Assembly (NCBI GenBank): GCA_964016885.1
Contig: OZ024740.1
Span: 364,808,001-364,872,000 of the forward strand
Length of the DNA stretch: 64,000 bases
Direction: 5' to 3'
Source: Eledone cirrhosa
Lineage: Eukaryota
The notes below the pieces were generated by a model. The model worked only from the letters and a program-made list of their open reading frames with translations. It had not been told where the DNA came from and made no database searches. Each line of letters opens with the position of its first letter. Position 1 is the stretch's first letter. A program made the position numbers and the translations under genes. Of this stretch, positions 22,408-32,985 are shown one piece after another.

Positions 22408-22535
22408 ATAATTGTTTCTACTTTAGGCACAAGGCCAGCAAAATACCCAGTGCATTACTGGTACTTTATTTTATCGACCCCATAAGGATGAAAAGCAAAG
22501 TCAACCTCGGCAGGATTTGAACTCAGATCGTAATG
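22408..22535 (-). mobile_element. SINE (B box to 3' end)
   Basis: Reverse complement of GAGTTCAAATCC..GAGGT..ACTTTGC..TCATCCTTA.GGGGTCGATAAAATAAAGTACCAG. Confidence 0.85.
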
Positions 22536-22567
22536 ATTATTACACATACACACATATATATATATAT

Positions 22568-23085
22568 ATTATTATTATTATTATTATTGTTCTTTGAGTC
22601 TCAGTCATTGATGTTAGCTAACTGGAAAGTTTGTTGAAATGAATATCAAGCCACTACCTGCAGCCTCAGATATTCAGGACGTATCGGAGGGTTCTTGCGG
22701 TTCCCAGCAAGCATGCCTTTTGAAGTGTTCCGAAAAGCAGGGCGGGGCCAATTTTCTTTAACCATCCCTGGAAACTTTTTGAGATAGTACCTAGTGCGCC
22801 TATGACAATCGGGGCCACTTTGACTTCATGGCAGTTCCAAATCCTTTTCACCTCCCACTTTAAGTCTTGGTATCGGTTAATTTTCTCCCTCTCCTTCTCT
22901 TGCACTCTCGTGTTGAATGGGCAAGCCACATCCACAATCAGCCACGATCTTTTTCCCTTGTCCAAAACCACCAGGTCAGGTCTATTGTGTTCCAGTTTCT
23001 TGTCCGTCTGTATCCTAAAATCCCACAGCACCTTCACCTGATCGTTTTCTATCACCGACTCTGGCTTATGCTCATACCACTTCTC
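22568..23085 (-). mobile_element. Dong/R4-like non-LTR element 3' fragment (restriction-like endonuclease) with (TAA)n end
   Basis: WYEHKPE..LWDFRIQTD..NRPDLVV..IVDVACP..EK..Y..PIVIGALG..LQKACLLGTARTLR; short UTR then (TAA)n. Confidence 0.85.
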
Positions 23086-23089
23086 AAAA

Positions 23090-23588
23090 TTAAATAGAAA
23101 ACATGAATGGAACAGCAACATCACAACTTACAATTAAGGACAAAATGAAAATACACACACACATAGAACAAACAACCAACCAGTAACATGTAAATAAACA
23201 AATAAATAAACAAATATAAACACACACAGCCACCCGGATGTAACACATGCGCAAACTAAGCACACAACACACACAAAAACAAGATGGCATAGGACAGAAC
23301 AAAGGAGAGGCACAAAAACAAAGAAAAGAATCCCCAGTCACTGAAGAGGTCACAGAATGTGTGACGAAAGAACTTTGACAATATATGAACAATCATCTGG
23401 TTGTGGAACCAACCAACCAACCGGAAATTCATAAATTCCTAAATTTATAAATTTATTATAATAAATTGAAGTGAAAGCAACTGGTGCGTGTGTTTCTTAT
23501 TGGCAACATGACCCTCCTAAAGTATAACAATATCGGTTTCAACACACGTTTTCAGATAAAGAATCTTGCTAAACAAATTCAGAAACGA
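23090..23588 (+). mobile_element. PLE pseudo-LTR copy (family of 1086-1668) with hammerhead at 23337-23379
   Basis: 23278-23588 aligns to 1352-1668; core CUGAAGAG-GUCACA..UGUGAC-GAAA-GAAC-UU-UGAC. Confidence 0.75.
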
Positions 23589-23780
23589 TATATATATATA
23601 AAGAGTAACATTAAAAAAAATAGAATTTTTAAATAAATCCTATTATGTTTTGTACTGTAGAAATACAGAAATACAGATTACTAATTAGTTTCTTTTAAAT
23701 TAGGATCTTTTAGCTGAAGGTGTAAAAAGAGGATTGTTTTTCAATTATAAGATAGGTATATATTAAGACTATTTATTTAC

Positions 23781-23819
23781 CCTTAGAGAATTCAGTGTCA
23801 TTTCGATCTGCCAGAATCC
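23781..23819 (-). other. Candidate 39 nt host exon
   Basis: CTCCAG acceptor, AGG|GTAAAT donor; open in phase 0 (GFWQIEMTLNSLR) and phase 1. Confidence 0.3.
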
Positions 23820-24237
23820 CTGGAGTTTTACATTTTGAATTATACATATTATATACAAAACACACACACACACACGCACATGCACACACACATGCAGACA
23901 TATATATATATATACATTAATACATACACACACACATATATATATATATATACATATATACATACACACACACATATATAGTTGTCTTTATTTAAGTGCA
24001 CCATCTTAATCCATAATTATGGTGTAAGCAGAATTAAGTCCTCAGTACTGGTTGTGCGTATTCAACATTGATACGGGATCACATATAACACGAAGGAACA
24101 CCGTTATATGAATATACATTATGACAGGTTTGTGTAATTACATAAATTTATTGTTATGCACATTTTCACAACGCCAGCACTTTGTTGTTACATAATCTTA
24201 ACTTAGTCTTGCATGACTTCATCAGACAGCATTTTTC

Positions 24238-24708
24238 TTGTGAGGGCAGTGCAAGCCATGTATAGAGGAACAGTCAGTAGGTTATCTTTCAGGAACTCCC
24301 ACTGCTCCTCTATATCGTATGTCTCTATTTGCTCTGCCTTACTATCGAATGCATTAATCAACATACCTCTAAATTAATTACTGGCTGATGGGTCTTTTAA
24401 CTTTCATACTCTTCTCCTCCAGGCTGTCTTCTGTTGCCGGGTTCAACTAGCCCTCACTATAAGGTCACTAACTACTAAATTATGATAGGGAGAGACTTTG
24501 TATTCACAACCGTCACTCTGTCTCGTCTTCTGGTATGGTTAAAATTTATCTGGCTGGCATGCTCACCTGATCTATAGGTGATTATGTGGTTGTCTCACAT
24601 TTTTGAATTTTGCATGAGCAAGACAAGGTCAGCCGACCGGACACTGCCCCTCTAAACCCATGCTAGCTTGGAAGATAGATGTTAAACGATGATAATGATG
24701 ATGATGAT
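24238..24708. mobile_element. Scrambled RTE fragments (short + RT piece, inverted APE/linker piece, internally deleted 3' end with tail)
   Basis: GTGAGGGCAGTGCAAGCCATGTATAG (+); minus-strand match to ITYRSG..RRVWKLKDP..IEEQWEFLK; 3' end at 24613-24708. Confidence 0.7.
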
Positions 24709-24997
24709 ATATATATATATATATATATATAAAACAATAACAATAACGAAGAGTGCAGTACAAAGTGTTAGTATGTATGTATATATATATATATATATAT
24801 AGTAATAATAAATATGAAGACTATATGTATATCTATATATGCTCTGGGATTTGTAAAACTACTGTGATTGAAAATTAACCGATTGGATTAAACTCTGAAC
24901 TGTCATTTACCTATCTTGCTGTGGACTATAAAATTAAATTTGAACTTTGAATTATTCTTTACCTTACATGGTTATGTTCTCAACTCATCTAAACTAT

Positions 24998-25055
<58 letters not shown>

Positions 25056-25072
25056 AAATATCCATAGGTGTA

Positions 25073-25171
<99 letters not shown>

Positions 25172-25310
25172 AAGGGTCAGAGCAGGGATTTAAATTTAAA
25201 TCTTTGAGTAACACTCAAAGGGTCATAATTTATGAAATATTAAATCAAAACATGTTACAGTGTCTTAGGGGCGTGATCATGACATATGGCATATCTTATG
25301 CCCCTTATAC

Positions 25311-25452
25311 CTGGCGGTGCCCATCCCTCTTCAGTTTGGAAAACAGCCGACTTCTTCCAGAGTATTTCAAAGGGATGAACTCAACACTCATCCTGGGTTA
25401 GGAAACGTTCAAGGAAATCAGCTGGATCTGCCTCGAACAATATTAGATTTTC
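25311..25452 (-). other. Candidate 142 nt host exon
   Basis: Pyrimidine-rich acceptor ..CCTCCTCATCATCAACATCAG, donor CAG|GTATAA; non-repetitive, GC-richer island. Confidence 0.45.
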
Positions 25453-25887
25453 CTGATGTTGATGATGAGGAGGAGGGGAAAAGGCAGAAGATGATGACAA
25501 TGACAACAATGGTAGTAAATTTAGACAGGAGAAAAATGCTAAAAAAAAATGAAAAATATATCTTAGATTAAAAGTCAATTTTTTGCTTTAAAGTACATAT
25601 GTGCTATTTAGTACCAAAGGGGATTGAAATCCTCTGAAAGTTTTGCCAATTAAATTACTGATATTGATTTTATTTAATAGATCTGAGTGATATGATTTAC
25701 AGCAGAAATTTGATCTTCAAAGCAAGAAAATAACAACACAAAAAGTTAAGATATAAAATACAAAATAAGAAATAAGAAATAAAAACAAATAAATGTTCAT
25801 TTCTAGAATTTCCTTTGTAATGATTTTATTTGGTTGAATTTTTATTTTCCTTATATTTAGCTCAATATATAGCTCAAGTCTATGGAT

Positions 25888-26175
25888 TTCTTCTTCTTCT
25901 TCTTCTTCTTCTTCTTCTTCTTCTTCTTCTTCTTGTGAGGGTCGTGAGAGCAGAGTTCTCAAGCATGCCTTCCAGCATGGCATATCGCCAGTCCTCTTGT
26001 TCCTTTGTTATGCCTGTTGCGAGGTTCAGCTTCTTAAGATAAGCACTCACTACCTCATCCCATGTATGTCTTCCTGGATCTGTATCTTTTACAAATGCTC
26101 TGCACTTCTTTATACAGCTGTCATCTTCCATACACACTTCTTCTCCATACCATTGGCAATTTCTTTCTTGCACAT
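25888..26175 (-). mobile_element. Old RTE 3' fragment with (GAA)n tail
   Basis: MQERNCQWYG..MEDDSCIKKCR..GRHTWDEVV..DWRYAML. Confidence 0.75.
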
Positions 26176-26227
26176 TACATTCGAATCATGTATACATATA
26201 CATATACATACATATATATATAAGTGC

Positions 26228-27142
26228 TCTGTAGAAACAGTAGACAGCTTCTGCTACCTAGGTGAGCGAATTAGCAACAGGAGGTAGGTGTTCGTAAAGT
26301 ACAATAACTAGGATAAGAAGGGGATGGAAGAAGTTCAGGGAGCTACTGCCACTGCTAGCTGCAAAAGGCTTTTCCCTCAAAATGAAAGGCAGACTGTATG
26401 ATGCGTGTATACGAACAGCAATGTTACATGGTAGTGAGACCTGGATGTTGTCTGTAGAAGACTTGCGTAGATTAGAAAAAAACGAAGCCTGCATGCTCCG
26501 ATGGATGTGTAATAGTAATATACACGAATGGCAAAGCATAAACGAATTGAGAAAGAGACTGAGGATAAGAGGAATCAAATGCTGCGTGCAGGAGAGGAGG
26601 TTGCATTGGTATGGACATATGATGCGTATGAAGGATGACAGCTGCATAAAAAGGTGCAGAGCACTAGAATTCGATGGAAGTTGCAGAGTGGGGAGACCCA
26701 AGAAGACCAGGGATGAGGTGATAAAAGCCGACCTTACCCAATTGCACCTCTCAAGGGCAATGACACACAACCGTGACCTCTGACGTCATGCAGTAATACA
26801 GAAGACCCGACTTCCCATGGGTACAAGCCGAAGCTGAAACATATAGACAATATGTCGCCGCCCCCTCCCACTGCAAAGTGGTTGTGGAGGTGTCACGGCA
26901 AAAAAGCACCCAGCCCACACTGTAAAGTGTATGTGTAGGTGCCATGGAAAAAAAGCACCCAGTACTCACTGTAAATGAGGTTGGTGTTAGGAAGGGCATC
27001 CAGCTGTAGAAATCAAGCCAGAATCAGTTCCCGTGTGAACAAGACAAGGTCAGCCGACTGGACACTACCGACAACAGGACAACCTGTCTAACCCATGTTA
27101 GCGTGGAAGAACGGACGTAAAACGGTGATGATGATGATGATG
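26228..27142 (+). mobile_element. 5'-truncated RTE family A copy
   Basis: Closely matches 4187-5093; several stops. Confidence 0.92.
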
Positions 27143-27711
27143 AAGTATGTTTTGAAATAGCAAGTGAGTTTGAAATTAGAAATAGAAGCTTTCACCGTAT
27201 TTTTAACTAAAGAAATTTTCACCTGATAATTGAGTTTAGAACCCTCAAAGAACTGGAAAAAGATGAGTATTGACGTATATATATATATATGAATGTATGT
27301 AGTATATTTGGTAATATACCGTATGTTTAATTAAAAACATTTTGAAGACCATACGCTATCGGTTTTAAAGTAGTGACTATGTCACTTACTTCTTTTAACA
27401 TACAGTATATTGCCAAATATACTATACATTCATTCATGTATACATCGCTCTTTCAGAGCACCAATCCTAATATATATATATATATTCGATTTGTGCTATT
27501 TATGCTATTTTTCGCATGATTTACACTTACTGAATTACTTTGCCAAAATCTGGGGTTATTCCCCTTGTGATTTCCACACGTGGTTTAACTTATCACCGTG
27601 CCATTCACTTATTTGGTACAGAGTGAAATACCTGTTGATAACGTGATATTCCTTGTTCGATCATTATACCCAAAGCTTATATTTTTAAGCAGACTGTATT
27701 TTGATTTAGGT

Positions 27712-27968
27712 ATCCAGGCCGAAACAAATGTGTCACGACAAAAAAAACACACAGTCCACGCTGTAATGTGGCCGTGTAGGCAACACGGTAAAAACCTCCC
27801 AGTCCCACACTGTAAATGTGGTTGGTGTTAGGAAGGGCATCCAGCTGTAGAAAACCCGCCAGACAGTCCTATGCAAGCAAGACAACCACTCTTGCCCCAA
27901 GTGGGAAAACTCCTGTCAAAACCCATGCAAGCGTGGAACATGGACGTTAAACGATGATGATGATGATG
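27712..27968 (+). mobile_element. RTE family B 3' UTR fragment
   Basis: Matches 17097-17486 without the duplication. Confidence 0.88.
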
Positions 27969-28258
27969 TATCACAGAAACTCTACATCGGATTTTAACAG
28001 CAATTCTGGGAGTCCAGGCCTGGTTATCATTTATTTTTTATCATTTATTTTGTTTTGACCTGTTTAGCTTGATTTGGTTTTTGGCTTGGGTGGTTAATGC
28101 CTTCTTGACCACCTTTTCAGTTTTGTATGGCTTCTTAACACATTGTTTAGCTCTGGTTTTTAACTATTGAGCACTTTGCCAGTATCATTTCTGATTTTTG
28201 CGTTTCGCTTCGATTTTCCTGCCCACCGAAATGCGATTCTCGCTGAATCTTTATTTGT

Positions 28259-28289
<31 letters not shown>

Positions 28290-28290
<1 letters not shown>

Positions 28291-28575
28291 CATCATCATC
28301 ATTTTTACGGCCATTTTTCCATGCTTGCATGGGTTGAATGGGTCTTTTTCAGCACAGCATCCCTCCACTCACACCGTTTTTTCGTCATCTTCTCTGTGAG
28401 TCTCACCAATTTGAGGTCAGCACTCACTAAATCTGCCCATTTCTTTCTTGGTCTACCTCTACTGCAATGCCCATCCACTGGCATTTCCTAGCACCTCTTC
28501 ACCCATCGATCATTGTCCATGCACATCACATGTCCATACCAACACAGTCATCTCCCTTGCACACCACCTTGGATT
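28290..28575 (-). mobile_element. RTE 3' fragment (family C-like)
   Basis: Similar to 20161-20450; encodes WYGHVMCMDNDRWVKR..GRPRKKWADLV. Confidence 0.8.
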
Positions 28576-28672
28576 CCTCTTATTCCCAGCTTGGTTCATC
28601 CAAGTTCTATCTTTTTTTCTCACACACACTCATATATATATATATGTGTGTGTGTTTGTGTGTATACATATA

Positions 28673-28870
28673 TCATCATCATCATCATCATCATCGTTTA
28701 ACGTCCATCTTCCACGCTTGCATGGGTTTGGACGGGAGTTTTCCCACTTGAGGCAAGAGTGGTTGTCTTACTCGCATAGGACTGTCTGGCGGGTTTTCTA
28801 CGGCTGGATGCCCTTCCTAACACCAACCACGTTTACAGTGTGGACTGGGAGGTTTTTACCGTGTTACCTA
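28673..28870 (-). mobile_element. RTE family B 3' UTR fragment
   Basis: Reverse complement of ~18750-18949. Confidence 0.88.
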
Positions 28871-29239
28871 CATATATATATGTGTGTGTGTGTGTGTGAG
28901 TATATGTACATATGTATGTAAATGTGTTTGCATATGTATAATTTTCACACACTATATTTTCATCAACACATGCTTTCACACCGGTTAGCACATACTTATG
29001 TATGTGCTGATTAGCTGGATTTTTGCTCATTTCTCAGACATAAAATATGGGGTGGGGTCAGTTTATATTCAGACCAGCTTATATTTGAATATATACAGTA
29101 ATTATTTTACTGTGATAAGTCCTGCTTTTCTACATTCTTAGTTGCTATCTTAACTGGGTGTTGATAAAATAAACATGAATACATCCATCCCCTAATGTGG
29201 ATTCAGTAAGCTAAAAAAATTGCTACATACAAATCGCCA

Positions 29240-29572
29240 TTCTGAGTTCAAATCCCGCCGAGGTTAACTTTGCCTTTCATCCTTACGGGGTCGATAAAAT
29301 AAAGTACCAGTCATGCACTGGGATAATTGCTGGCCTTGTGCCAAAAGTAGAAACAATTATTTACTAAAAAGGAGCAGTGGATTGGCAGTATTGGTAGAGG
29401 GTCGGACGCTATGCTTTGCAGCAAAGAGTTACAGCCCTTTATGGTTTGAGTTCAAATCCCGCCGAGGTTAACTTTGCCTTTTATTCTTACGGGGTTGATA
29501 AAATAAAGCACCGGTAATGCACTTGGATAATTGCTGGCCTTGTGCTAAAAGTAGAAACAATTATTTACTAAA
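29240..29572 (+). mobile_element. Tandem SINE pair: partial copy 29240-29368 and full tRNA-derived copy 29371-29572
   Basis: A box TGGCAGTATTGG, B box GAGTTCAAATCC, central GCCTTTCATCCTTACGGGGTCGATAAAAT (resembles the Meta-SINE/Sauria-type central domain), both ending ATTATTTACTAAAAA. Confidence 0.85.
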
Positions 29573-29819
29573 AATAAAAGAACCTATTTTGAAATTTTGT
29601 TTGGTTTCTCCTATGTTGGTCTTCAATGAAATTTTAAAATAAAATATTGATTAATTTTTAAAAAATATCTTGTATTGAACTTTATTTTCAGTATTATAAA
29701 AATCAAAAAATTTAAAAAATCGAATGAAATGATTCACTGCTAAGGGAAGCAATGGATATTCACATTCTATGTTTGGTTGATAAAGATGACATCTCTCACT
29801 TGAAATGTATGTTTGGTTT

Positions 29820-30770
29820 TTTGAGGTTGGGTTATGTGTTGAAGGATGAATGTAACTGGTTAAGAGAATAGAATCTGTGATAAATGTTGTGAAGTGAAAT
29901 GGAATGTGATGTTTAGGTCATGTGTTGACTAGATGAGAGGAATAGAGATAGTGATGAATGTTGTGAAGAAAAATGGAATAAGATGGTTAGGTCATGTGTT
30001 GAGGATGGATGAAAGTGATTAGGTGAGAGAAAAAGGGCCAGTGATGAATCATGTGAGAAATAATGGAGTGAGATGGTTGGGTCATGTGTTGAAAAAAGAT
30101 GAAAGTGGCTGGTGAAGAGGAATCAAACCAGTGATGAATATTGCGAAATGAAATGGAATGAGATGGTTAGGTCATGTGTTGAGGATGGATAAAGTGACTT
30201 GGTGAGAGGATAGATCCAGTGATGAATGTTGTGAAAACAAAAATGGAGTGAGATGATTGGGCCATATGTTGAGAAAGGATGAAAGTGTCTGGTTAAGAGG
30301 AATAAAGCCAGTGATAAATGTTGTGAAGTTGTGAAGAGAAATGGAATGAGATGGTTGAGTCATGTGTAGAGAAAGGATGAAAGTGATAGGTTGGGAGGAA
30401 CAGAGTCAGTGATGAATGGAGAGAAATGGAATGAGATGGTTGAGTTATGTGGTTGAGGAAGGATGAAAGTGACTAGGTGAAAGGAGTGATGGGAATAGAG
30501 CCAGTGATGAATGTTGTGAAGAGAAATGTAATGAGATTGTTGGGTTATGTGTTGAAGAAGGATGAAAGTGATTGAGTGAGAGGTGTGATGGAAATGTAGG
30601 TGGAATGAAATAGAATAAGGATAAGACTGAGAAAAACATGGCGAAAGATGATGGAAGAGAAAATGAAATGTAGAGGGTTTGTGACAAAGGTGTTGAGAAT
30701 GGAACTTGTTATGGGGCCTGCAAGACTAACTCCTGCTTTAATGGGGGAAATGGCCTTAAAGTCCTTATCG
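29820..30770 (+). repeat. ~90 bp x ~9 degenerate tandem array derived from RTE coding sequence, followed by an RTE-like 3' end
   Basis: GATGGTT(A/G)GGTCATGTGTTGA recurs near 29823, 29910, 29982, 30072, 30162, 30252, 30350, 30434 and 30535; unit encodes RWLGHVLRMDE. Confidence 0.8.
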
Positions 30771-31394
30771 TTTTGTTGTATACTTAGAAGCTTAACTGTA
30801 GTTGACTCTTTTATTGAAATATTTCTTGAGAAATACAAAGTCTATTTTTTTTTTTTGTGGGGAATTGATTTTTTACAATTGATGTACAGAATAAGTTTTT
30901 TGACAAAGGAGACAATATAATATGAAGAAAAACAAGGTACCTACCGAAATTATCTATAATAAACAGAAGTTTGTTATAGATAATTTGTTATAGATTGCTG
31001 AAAGGAAAGCAAAACAATGTGGTCAAAACAAATAGATTCTTCTGAATATAAATAAACGGTACATTAGGGAGGGTGGAAAACTGCTGAAAGGGCTTTTTTG
31101 GCCAAATAATAAGAATAGAATAAGAAGAGAAAGAATGTAATGCTTTCACCAGGATAATCAGATAGAAAAGAAAGAACCAAAAGGTGGCTGAAGAGGGGAA
31201 CTTTGCTTTTTGTCTGTCTGTGTATTATATGTGTATTTATCCTTCTGCTCATTTTGCTGGCTTTGAATGAAAACACATACATGCAAATTTGGCCTACATG
31301 TTTCATTTTGCAATGGCTTTAATTGTTAGAAGTCCTTCCTTATGTAAATAACTTTACAGTTTGTACTGGATGTATTTTATTAAGACATTTGATA

Positions 31395-31875
31395 CTGATG
31401 CCATGACAAAATATATCCAGTACACTCTGTAAAGTGGTTGGTGTTAGGAAGAGCTTCCAGCCATAAAAAAATATGCCAAAAACGTTTGAGGGGACACTTC
31501 AGTCATGACATGACAACTTCCCTAGGGTTGGTGCAATGAAAAATATATCCAGTATGCCCTGTAAGTTAGATGGTGATAGGAAGGGCATCTAGATGTAGAA
31601 ACCACGCCAAAAAAGTATCAAGAGGACTTTTGAGTTGTGTCAAGAGCACTACATGATAAATGCACCTAGTACACTTCGTAAAGTGGTTTGTGATAGGAAG
31701 GGCATCCTGCCATAGAAAACTTGCCAAACAAAATGTTGGAAGAAGTCTACACCTGTGTTAAAGTCACAACAACCTTACAAGTAAGTGTTGGTGCCATGAT
31801 AAAGTACACCTGGTGTACTCAGTAAAGTGCAGCAATGTATATCAGTGGAAAACAGATGATGATAATGATAATGAT
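31395..31875 (+). repeat. ~4 degenerate tandem copies of the RTE 3'-UTR module (CCAGTACACTCTGTAAAGTGGTTGGTGTTAGGAAGGGCATCC)
   Basis: Module visible near 31400, 31530, 31655 and (partial) 31790; ends with (GAT/GATAAT)n. Confidence 0.7.
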
Positions 31876-31938
31876 GAATACATATATGCATAATACGTAT
31901 ATCCACACATGCAAGACACATGAATATTATATATTTAT

Positions 31939-31969
<31 letters not shown>

Positions 31970-32184
31970 AGGGATACACATGTTCGTCACATGAGTAGAT
32001 AAACTTAAGAAAATTAACAAAGAGAGGACAAGACATCGAACGGAAACAAAACAAAACGAAAAACAATTTTTTAAAGAGGAAACCTTAAAAAATTATTTAA
32101 AAAAAATACAACCGAAGGACACAGAACTCCATGGTCAGCGACCGTTGATATGTACTTTGGAAGTTTTGACCCCTGTCAACAGTA

Positions 32185-32702
32185 CTGCTGGTCCAGCAGA
32201 TGCCAATATCATATTAAAGATTAGCAAAAAGGAGAACATCTATGCAGAATGAATGAGGAATCTGCAGACACTCCACCTTGACAATGCTTTCAGATTTATA
32301 CCTCTGACCATTGGGGCTCTGGGATATGTTACTAAGTGCCCGAGTACACATCTTGAGAAGCTGGGCTTCACAGAATCAGAAAGAAAACAACTAGATAGGA
32401 AGTTACATGTATAATCCAGTAATGGAATTGTAAAACTATGTAAAACATTCCAAAAATTCTGCATGTAATAACTGAATATAGACATGTATAGATACAAAAC
32501 ATATGCATGTGTATACATATAACTCAAAACATACAGATTCACACATACAATAACATCCATACCTGCACACACACATGTAGATATAAATACATATTTACCT
32601 AGTTGATGTTGTCTAAATTTCAATGAAAGAATCTTGTGTCTATGTTAGAAACTGGCTTTCTTTCTATTGGTAAAAATTTATAAAATAATGAAACCAGAAG
32701 AA
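32185..32702 (+). mobile_element. Degenerate RLE-type non-LTR element 3' end with (CATA)n tail
   Basis: Manual translation PADANIILKISKKENIYAE*MRNLQ..FIPLTIGALGYV..LEKLGF..GIVKLCKTFQKF; UTR then (CATA)n. Confidence 0.65.
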
Positions 32703-32985
32703 CATACATACATACATACATACATATATACATACATATATATATATACATACATACATACATATGTATGTATGTATGTACAAACATACATACATACATA
32801 TGTATGTACAAACATACATACATACGTACATACATACGTACATACATACTTATATACATACATACATACATACATATATAAATACATACATACAAATGCT
32901 CATATACATACATATATATATATATACATACAAACACATGAATACAAACATAAAAACACATATATATTCATACATACATTTATAA
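32702..32985. repeat. (CATA)n/(TA)n compound microsatellite
   Basis: Direct inspection. Confidence 0.9.

Noticed and set aside
28985-29010. 11 bp hairpin TTAGCACATAC/GTATGTGCTGA as a terminator or miRNA
   Set aside because: Short, partly made of CATA/TATG simple-repeat sequence, with no supporting context
29371-29470. tRNA gene
   Set aside because: A and B boxes belong to a SINE head; no cloverleaf, and the body is repeated elsewhere in the window
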